Shown piece by piece: positions 58,188 to 64,000 of a stretch of DNA of 64,000 nucleotides. Position 1 is the stretch's first letter, and each line of letters begins with the position of its first letter. The notes under the pieces were generated by a model. The model ran no database searches, was not told the origin of the DNA, and was given only the letters and a program-made list of their open reading frames with translations. Source of the stretch: a candidate division FCPU426 bacterium (GTDB taxonomy: Bacteria; Oederibacteriota; Muellerivitia; Muellerivitales; Muellerivitaceae); the NCBI GenBank assembly GCA_963719085.1, contig CAVRAL010000004.1:864001-928000 (forward strand). Reading direction: 5' to 3'. The translations under genes and the position numbers were made by a program.

Positions 58188-58826
58188 TTGGATCCCCAAC
58201 CTGAAACGGACGCCGGCCGGGTTGTCGGGGCGGCCCAGGTCGTTTTCGCCGAGCGGTTCTCCGCTTATGTGGATTACCGCTCCGAAGAGCCCGACGCCTT
58301 GTCGCGGGAAAGGGACGCCATCCAGCTTTTTTCGCTGAGCCTGGTGAAGATCCTTCTGCTTCTGGGTGAGAACAAGCAGGCCCCCCTCTTAATCGACTAT
58401 CTGCAAAAAGTCATGGGCGACACGGTGACTCCAAAGGGCCTTCAGCGTCCGGCCATCCTGGGCCCGGGCAAAGAAATGCTGGCGGAAATCCCGGATCCTC
58501 CTAAGAAGACCATGCGGCTGGTTCTGCGCCAGGAAGAAGAGTCCCGGCTGGCGGTCTTGGACCTTTCAATCGGCGAGGAAGGGCTTTATTACCCCGTGAC
58601 GGTGGTTTTTTATCTCCAGTACCTGCTCAAAACCCTATCTGACCCCTCGCTTTTTTTCCTCATGTTGGTCTTGGGGGGCCTCATGGAATATTACGAGAAG
58701 ATCGGCAAGACCACGGACCTGCAGGCCCTCACCGCGGGTCCGGCCTACGCCTTTTCCACGGCCATGCGCTATATCGAACAAGAACGGCAAAGGCACCAAG
58801 CGATGAATCCCGGGGAAGCTTCCTGA
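58188..58826 (+). CDS. Hypothetical protein (start uncertain)
   Basis: Open frame filling the operon gap between moeB and the nucleotidyltransferase. Confidence 0.55.
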   Translation: MDPQPETDAGRVVGAAQVVFAERFSAYVDYRSEEPDALSRERDAIQLFSLSLVKILLLLGENKQAPLLIDYLQKVMGDTVTPKGLQRPAILGPGKEMLAEIPDPPKKTMRLVLRQEEESRLAVLDLSIGEEGLYYPVTVVFYLQYLLKTLSDPSLFFLMLVLGGLMEYYEKIGKTTDLQALTAGPAYAFSTAMRYIEQERQRHQAMNPGEAS

Positions 58827-59731
58827 CGCCCGCGTTGGTGGTCATGGCCGCCGGCATGGGGAGCCGTTTTGGGGGTTTGAAACAAATGGAACCCATGGGC
58901 CCCCAGGGCGCCACTTTGCTCGACTATTCCCTCTATGACGCCTTGAAGGCCGGTTTCGGCTCGGTTATTTTTATCATCCGCCGGGAGATCGAGGCGGACT
59001 TCAAAAAAATCATCGGCCGCAAATGGGAAACTAAAATCCCGGTGCGCTATGTGTACCAGGAACTTTCCATGGTGCCGGTAGGCGCCAAGGTGCCCGAGGG
59101 CCGGGTGAAACCCTGGGGAACCGGCCACGCGCTTTGGGTGGCCCAAGCCGCCGTCAAGGCGCCTTTCGCGGTGATCAACGCGGATGATTATTACGGTCCT
59201 TCCGGTTTTAAGGCCCTGGCGAAGTTCCTTTCCGAAATGAAAGACCTCAACGAGCCCCGCTACGCCATGGTGGGGTTCACGCTAAAAAAAACCCTTTCGG
59301 ACTTCGGCAAGGTTTCGCGCGGCGTCTGCCGGGTTTCCAAGTCCGGAACCCTGGTCTCCGTGACGGAGCATTCCCACATCGAAAAAGCCGGTTCGAGGAT
59401 TTTTTCCCAAGACCCCAAGGGCAAAAGGCGCGCGATGACCGGAAAAGAAACCGTGTCCCTCAACCAATGGGGCTTTACGCCGGGCTTCTTTAACGCTTTA
59501 GAAAAAGATTGGGCGGCCTTCTTTAAAAAAAGCGGAAAAGAACTCAAGTCCGAATTCCAACTTCCGGGTGTGGTGGACCGGCTGATCAACAAGAAAAAAG
59601 CCACCGTGAAGGTTTTGCCGTCGAAAGACGCCTGGTTTGGGGTGACCTATTTAGAGGACAAGGAATCGGTGAAAGAAAAAATAGCGAAACTGATCAATCG
59701 GGGTGTTTATTCAGACAATCTTTGGGGATGA
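58823..59731 (+). CDS. Sugar-phosphate nucleotidyltransferase family protein
   Basis: LVVMAAGMGSRFGGLKQ, KPWGTGHA, INADD, V.RGVC, WFGVTY.ED; start is CTG 58823 or TTG 58835. Confidence 0.88.
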   Translation: MTPALVVMAAGMGSRFGGLKQMEPMGPQGATLLDYSLYDALKAGFGSVIFIIRREIEADFKKIIGRKWETKIPVRYVYQELSMVPVGAKVPEGRVKPWGTGHALWVAQAAVKAPFAVINADDYYGPSGFKALAKFLSEMKDLNEPRYAMVGFTLKKTLSDFGKVSRGVCRVSKSGTLVSVTEHSHIEKAGSRIFSQDPKGKRRAMTGKETVSLNQWGFTPGFFNALEKDWAAFFKKSGKELKSEFQLPGVVDRLINKKKATVKVLPSKDAWFGVTYLEDKESVKEKIAKLINRGVYSDNLWG

Positions 59732-60880
59732 GTGTTTAACCCCAAATCGCCGGCGGATCCACTGGTTGATGGGGAACTCGAAAAACCGATAGGAAAGCCG
59801 CGCCACCCCGAAGGTCACCGCTCCGAAAAACGCGAAGGCCGTGAAATCATTCAATCCTTTCAACCAAGGCCAAAGGAAGAACAACACCAGCGGATGGAGT
59901 AAATACATCCCGTAACTCATCCGGCCCGGTCCGCCCAACAGCCGCCAGGGTTTGGACTCGAAAAAGCCAAGGTTCAGCCCGCCCAGCAGGAATAAAAAAG
60001 TCCCCAAGCCGATGAAATAGTCCGCCCAAACATTGCCGAAAAAATCGGCCCGGAGCACGACATGGAGATAAGTATTGAGCGTCAATAAGAAGCCGGCCAG
60101 GCAAAGGGGGACACTCACTTGGGGGCCGCGCAAAATGGCCCGGTAAGTTTCCGAGATCCAGTAGAGCAATCCGCCCAGGGCGATCAGGCCGAAATAGCAA
60201 AAAGAATTCAGCGAAAACCAGCCATCCCGGAAAAACCAAGTCCAACCCACCCATTTCAAAACCGGTCCCAGCGCGATGAAAAAACCGAAACACGCCAGCA
60301 AGAACGCGGGACGCCCAGCGCGGGACAACAACAGGGGATAAAATAAATAAAACTGTTCCTCGATGGAAAGCGACCAAAGGATGGTCCAAGCCGCCATCAA
60401 GCTTTTAGCGTGACCCGCCAGCGGGCTCATCAGATACCAGTTCATCGAAAAGAAAGCGATCGAGGCCCATAAAACCGGGTTCAAGGAAGTGTGAGGATCG
60501 CTAAAGCAGAAAATATATTGGGGCGATAAGGGGGAGCAAACCGTGACCAAAAGCAGGGCCAGCAAAACCGTCAGCATCAGCAAGGGCAGGATGCGTCCCA
60601 CCCGGCGGGAGTAAAAGTCCCGGAAATCGGGATGAAAAAGCCCCTTCGGCTGCCCGGCCAAAACGCGGGTGATCAGATAGCCGGAGATCACGAAAAAAAT
60701 CGGCACCCCGTAATGGCCGTTGGCCCAGAGCTTGAACCAAGCTTGCGCCCAAAAAGGCGAGGCCGAGGGCCGGGTGAGGTAATTGGGCCCCAAGTGGTTG
60801 GCCAAAACGGCCAGGATCGAAAAAGAACGGGCCAAGTCAATGACATTGAGGGTGTGCGGGCGCGAAGGGGATCCGTTCAT
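59711..60880 (-). CDS. Acyltransferase-3 (OafA/YrhL-like)
   Basis: DLAR, GVPIFFVISGYLIT, FYSRRVGRILP, WSLSIEEQFY, GRMSYGMYLLH, SYRFFE.P. Confidence 0.9.
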   Translation of the reverse strand: MNGSPSRPHTLNVIDLARSFSILAVLANHLGPNYLTRPSASPFWAQAWFKLWANGHYGVPIFFVISGYLITRVLAGQPKGLFHPDFRDFYSRRVGRILPLLMLTVLLALLLVTVCSPLSPQYIFCFSDPHTSLNPVLWASIAFFSMNWYLMSPLAGHAKSLMAAWTILWSLSIEEQFYLFYPLLLSRAGRPAFLLACFGFFIALGPVLKWVGWTWFFRDGWFSLNSFCYFGLIALGGLLYWISETYRAILRGPQVSVPLCLAGFLLTLNTYLHVVLRADFFGNVWADYFIGLGTFLFLLGGLNLGFFESKPWRLLGGPGRMSYGMYLLHPLVLFFLWPWLKGLNDFTAFAFFGAVTFGVARLSYRFFEFPINQWIRRRFGVKHSSPKIV

Positions 60881-60921
60881 GGAGGCTAGTTTACCCAAAA
60901 ACTTAGCCGCGAGCGCTTGGT

Positions 60922-62046
60922 TTAAAGCTTGGTCTTCGCCCCCAACAGGCCTCGAATCCATTGGTTGGCGGGCTTCTCATAAAGGTAAAAAGAAAGGGCC
61001 GAGACCAGCCAAACCGCCGACGCGGCGGTCAAAAAGCAGATAAAAGAATTAAGCCTGGTTAAAAAGGGGAACAAGACGCAAAAGACCGCCATTTGATAAA
61101 GGTATATCCCGTAGCTCATCCGTCCGAACCAAATGACCGGCAACCAAGCCTTGGAATTGAAAGCCTCCAGGTGCAAGGCGCCCAATAGGAAAATAAAAAG
61201 GCCCAAGCCGATGAATAAATCATCGAAGCGGTTGCCCCAATAATCGGCGAAATAAGGCTGGTGAAAGTAGATCTTAAAAACCAAAGCCGCCCCCAGAACC
61301 GCTAAAACCCAACTGACGCCGGGACGCCGCCGCAGGGCGGTTTGCCATCTTTCACAAACCAGGTGAAGCAGGGCGCCGAGGGCGATCAGGTCAAAGCCGT
61401 TGAAGGAATTGTAATGGATCAACAGATGATTCCAGTTCAGGGCGTAACCGACGCATTGACTCGCCGGACCCAACGCCACAAAAACCAATAAGAGGATGAT
61501 GAGGTTCCGTTTGGAACCCAAGAGGCGAAGGGCCAAGGGATAAAAAAAATAAAACTGCTCCTCGACGGACAAGGACCAAAGGATGGCCCAATAACAGGCG
61601 ATGGGCTCGCGGGGAAAAATCCGGAACCAATTAAACCAAAAGGTCCCCAGGGAAGCCCAAAAGAGGGGGTCCGCGATGTTTTTTCGGTCGTAAAAGAACC
61701 CCCGGATGGAATCGGCGGGAAGGGGGGCCAGCGTGGCCAGCCCCAAACCCAGGACGCAAAAAAGAAACAGGAGCGGCAGGATCCGTCCGGCCCGGCGCGC
61801 GTAAAAATCCCGGAAGTCGGGTTTCAAAAGGCCGCCGGGATTTTCGGCGATCAGACGGGTAATGAGAAATCCCGAAATCACGAAAAAAAGCGGAACCCCA
61901 TAAGCCCCATTGACCCAGGCCCGGTACCAGATCCACCGCCAAAAATCGGACAGGCCATTGGCGGGAAACAAGATGCCCAAGTGCCCGGTCAGGACCATGA
62001 GAACCGCCACGGCGCGGGCCAGATCCAAAACAAATATTTTTTTCAT
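60922..62046 (-). CDS. Acyltransferase-3 (OafA/YrhL-like), tandem paralog
   Basis: DLAR, GVPLFFVISGFLIT, WSLSVEEQFY, GRMSYGIY, EKP. Confidence 0.9.
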   Translation of the reverse strand: MKKIFVLDLARAVAVLMVLTGHLGILFPANGLSDFWRWIWYRAWVNGAYGVPLFFVISGFLITRLIAENPGGLLKPDFRDFYARRAGRILPLLFLFCVLGLGLATLAPLPADSIRGFFYDRKNIADPLFWASLGTFWFNWFRIFPREPIACYWAILWSLSVEEQFYFFYPLALRLLGSKRNLIILLLVFVALGPASQCVGYALNWNHLLIHYNSFNGFDLIALGALLHLVCERWQTALRRRPGVSWVLAVLGAALVFKIYFHQPYFADYWGNRFDDLFIGLGLFIFLLGALHLEAFNSKAWLPVIWFGRMSYGIYLYQMAVFCVLFPFLTRLNSFICFLTAASAVWLVSALSFYLYEKPANQWIRGLLGAKTKL

Positions 62047-62121
62047 GGGGACAGTATAAGCCAATCGCGGGGATGGGTTAAAAGGTGATAGGGGCCTCCC
62101 CGGACAAACCAGGAGGGCGGA

Positions 62122-62604
62122 TTAGATGTTCCATTCCTTGAATAAATAAACCAAATAAACCGTTCCGGCGATGACCACCACTAAGTTAAAAAGGCTGGAG
62201 ATAATATGGGCTTTGCCGAATTGCCGGGTGAGCGCGTCCACTTGGACCGGATCCTTGGCCTGTTCGGCGGCTTCCCGTTGGACGCGGAGCTCGCCGACCT
62301 TGGGGCCGATCCAAAGGCCTTGGCCCAGTGAAAAAAGAAGCATCAAACAAAGGGCGGTGATTTTGACGCAATCCTGGGGAACATAATTTTTCAGAGGATG
62401 CAGCAGGTGGTAGCTCACCACTAAAAGGGTTCCACAGACATAGCTGATGAGGTAATAAGCCGGGAATAGCTTGCTTTGGACCAGGCCGAAAAGTTCCCGG
62501 GGCAGGGTTTTAAAAAGCAGCGGCGCCTGGATGAAGGTGAAATAAAGCAAAGCGCCGTACCAAAAAACAAAAGCGAAAAAATGGATAAATCGAAGCGCCG
62601 GCAT
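62122..62604 (-). CDS. DUF4149 / TMEM205-like membrane protein
   Basis: AP.LFKTLPR..FG.VQSKLFP.Y, F.KAH..SS..N. Confidence 0.82.
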   Translation of the reverse strand: MPALRFIHFFAFVFWYGALLYFTFIQAPLLFKTLPRELFGLVQSKLFPAYYLISYVCGTLLVVSYHLLHPLKNYVPQDCVKITALCLMLLFSLGQGLWIGPKVGELRVQREAAEQAKDPVQVDALTRQFGKAHIISSLFNLVVVIAGTVYLVYLFKEWNI

Positions 62605-62668
62605 GGGAATCCTTTCAAACTCGGGATGGGGCCATTCTAGGCAAGGGCGAAGAAAATTATCAACGGCA

Positions 62669-62985
62669 GGCTTAGCCGGGGATGGGGGCCTGGAGAACGG
62701 GCGACCGGCTCATCCGGCTTCCGGCGATTCTTCCCGTAAGAAGCCGGGAAGCATCACCGGAAAGGCATGCCGGATTTCGCTAGGGGCGAATGGCACTGGG
62801 TCTTGTTGCGGTGCATTTAGTCTGGGATTGAGGTTGGGAGAAGATGCGACCGGCTCTCCGGCTTCCGGCGATTCTTACCGTAAGAAGCCGGGAAGCATCA
62901 CCGGAAAAGCATGCCGGATTTCGCTAGGGGCAAATGGCGCTGGGCTTAGCCGGGGATGGGGGCCTGGAGAACGGGCGACCGGCTC
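62669..62985. repeat. Tandem repeat of about 130-145 bp, 2.3 units, with palindromic core
   Basis: 62701-62800 nearly identical to 62846-62944; 62669-62711 identical to 62943-62985. Confidence 0.92.
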
Positions 62986-63004
62986 CCTATAATGCCCCTA
63001 GCCC

Positions 63005-63361
63005 ATGACCCCAGCTCCTTTCAAAGTCCAAATTCGTTTCCCCAAGACCGGACAGGCCTGCGAGGTCGACCGGGATGACACCTTGGTTGACGCCACCTTC
63101 CGTTATGATTTGCCGATCCGCTATCGCTGTGAAAGGGCGGTTTGCACGACTTGTCTGGTGGAGGTGCTGAAGGGCGCCGGACATCTTTCGCCCCCGGGTA
63201 ACCGTGAAAAACAAACCTTGGATTCCGCCGGACTCTCGGGCGCCTATCGCCTGGCCTGCCAGGTTTCGGTTTTAGGCGATGTGGACTTGGATTATGTGCC
63301 GATCATTGATCCGCGCCGAAAACCAAAACAAGCGGAAACCCAAGACGATCTTTTGATTTAA
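63005..63361 (+). CDS. 2Fe-2S ferredoxin
   Basis: CERAVCTTC...RLACQ. Confidence 0.88.
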   Translation: MTPAPFKVQIRFPKTGQACEVDRDDTLVDATFRYDLPIRYRCERAVCTTCLVEVLKGAGHLSPPGNREKQTLDSAGLSGAYRLACQVSVLGDVDLDYVPIIDPRRKPKQAETQDDLLI

Positions 63362-63386
63362 AAATAACATCGAAGCTTAGGCAATT

Positions 63387-63471
63387 AACAATGATGGACG
63401 CAGATGCACGCAGATTTTAATGCAGAAAAGATAAAAGGTTTCATCGGTGCTTATCCGCGTTCGCATCGCTT
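63387..63471. repeat. Family C inverted-repeat element, degenerate right arm
   Basis: AACAATGATGGACGCAGATGCACGCAGAT...ATCGGTGCTTATCCGCGTTC. Confidence 0.75.
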
Positions 63472-63544
63472 CTCCATATAGTAGTTAGGGGAGAGCGACA
63501 TTATCCCGGGGCATCAAAATGAAATTAGATGCGAAGGAATTCTC

Positions 63545-64000
63545 ATGGCGCCGTTGGTGGAAATTCAAAATTTATCCAAAAGCTACGGCGCTGAAACCGG
63601 GGCCGTGAGGGTCCTTCAAAAGGTGGCCTTTAAGATCCAGCCCGGCGAATTTGTGGCGCTGATAGGTCCCTCGGGATGCGGCAAAAGCACCCTGCTCAAT
63701 TTGGTGGGCGGCTTGGAAGCGCCCAGCGAGGGGCAAATCCTTTTCGAGGGCCGGCCTTTGGCGGGGCTTTCGGACCTTGAGTTAAGCCTGCTTCGCCGCG
63801 CGTCTCTGGGATTTATTTTTCAGTTCTTCAATTTGCTCCCTACTTTTAACGCCCTTGAAAATATCGAATTGCCGCTTCTTTTAGCGGGAGAGCCCCGGAA
63901 AAAAACCAGGATTCGCGCTGAGGAACTATTGGAAAAGGTGGGGCTGGCCGCGCGGGCCAAACACCGTCCCGCCCAACTATCCGGCGGGGAACAGCAACGG
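63545..64000 (+). CDS. ABC transporter ATP-binding protein (LolD/FtsE-like), 3'-truncated
   Basis: Translated by hand: GPSGCGKSTLL, GFIFQFFNLLPT, QLSGGEQQR; absent from the ORF track because it has no stop in the window. Confidence 0.92.
   Translation, partial: MAPLVEIQNLSKSYGAETGAVRVLQKVAFKIQPGEFVALIGPSGCGKSTLLNLVGGLEAPSEGQILFEGRPLAGLSDLELSLLRRASLGFIFQFFNLLPTFNALENIELPLLLAGEPRKKTRIRAEELLEKVGLAARAKHRPAQLSGGEQQR

Noticed and set aside
62603..62992. 129-aa ORF with an internal repeat, or a CRISPR-like array
   Set aside because: The ORF is a translation of the DNA tandem repeat; units are too long, lack unique spacers, and there are no cas genes
1..64000. tRNA or rRNA genes
   Set aside because: None recognised by eye; GGTTCGAA at about 39751 has no cloverleaf context. 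tRNAscan-SE would settle it.

Overview
A 64 kb bacterial chromosomal window, moderately GC-rich, probably from a diderm (it encodes an outer-membrane beta-barrel). Most genes are housekeeping or metabolic: an oxoacid:ferredoxin oxidoreductase beta fragment, FNR, a mycobacterial Sdh1-type succinate dehydrogenase operon, a PiT transporter, a PAS kinase and an EAL protein, HU, CstA, 1-Cys peroxiredoxin, an AAA/VWA pair, a double-domain ThyX-like protein, MqnD, QueG, methionine salvage genes, MoeB and several envelope glycosylation/acylation enzymes. Top candidate: a ~470-nt structured non-coding element (about 17345-17817). Its 5' two-thirds resemble OLE RNA as I recall it, but it appears to lack the OLE 3' domain and an adjacent oapA, and it runs directly into a fatty-acid desaturase gene. 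Also notable: an AT-richer defence-like cluster (MazG-like, DUF2075 nuclease-helicase, HNH, TcmP/DUF5131); two toxin-antitoxin remnants with internal deletions; an unannotated 15-aa Lys-rich ORF with promoter, RBS and terminator; an attenuator-like leader ahead of the peroxiredoxin; and four families of intergenic inverted repeats, one with an inverted core. All family calls come from motif recognition by eye; no searches were run.
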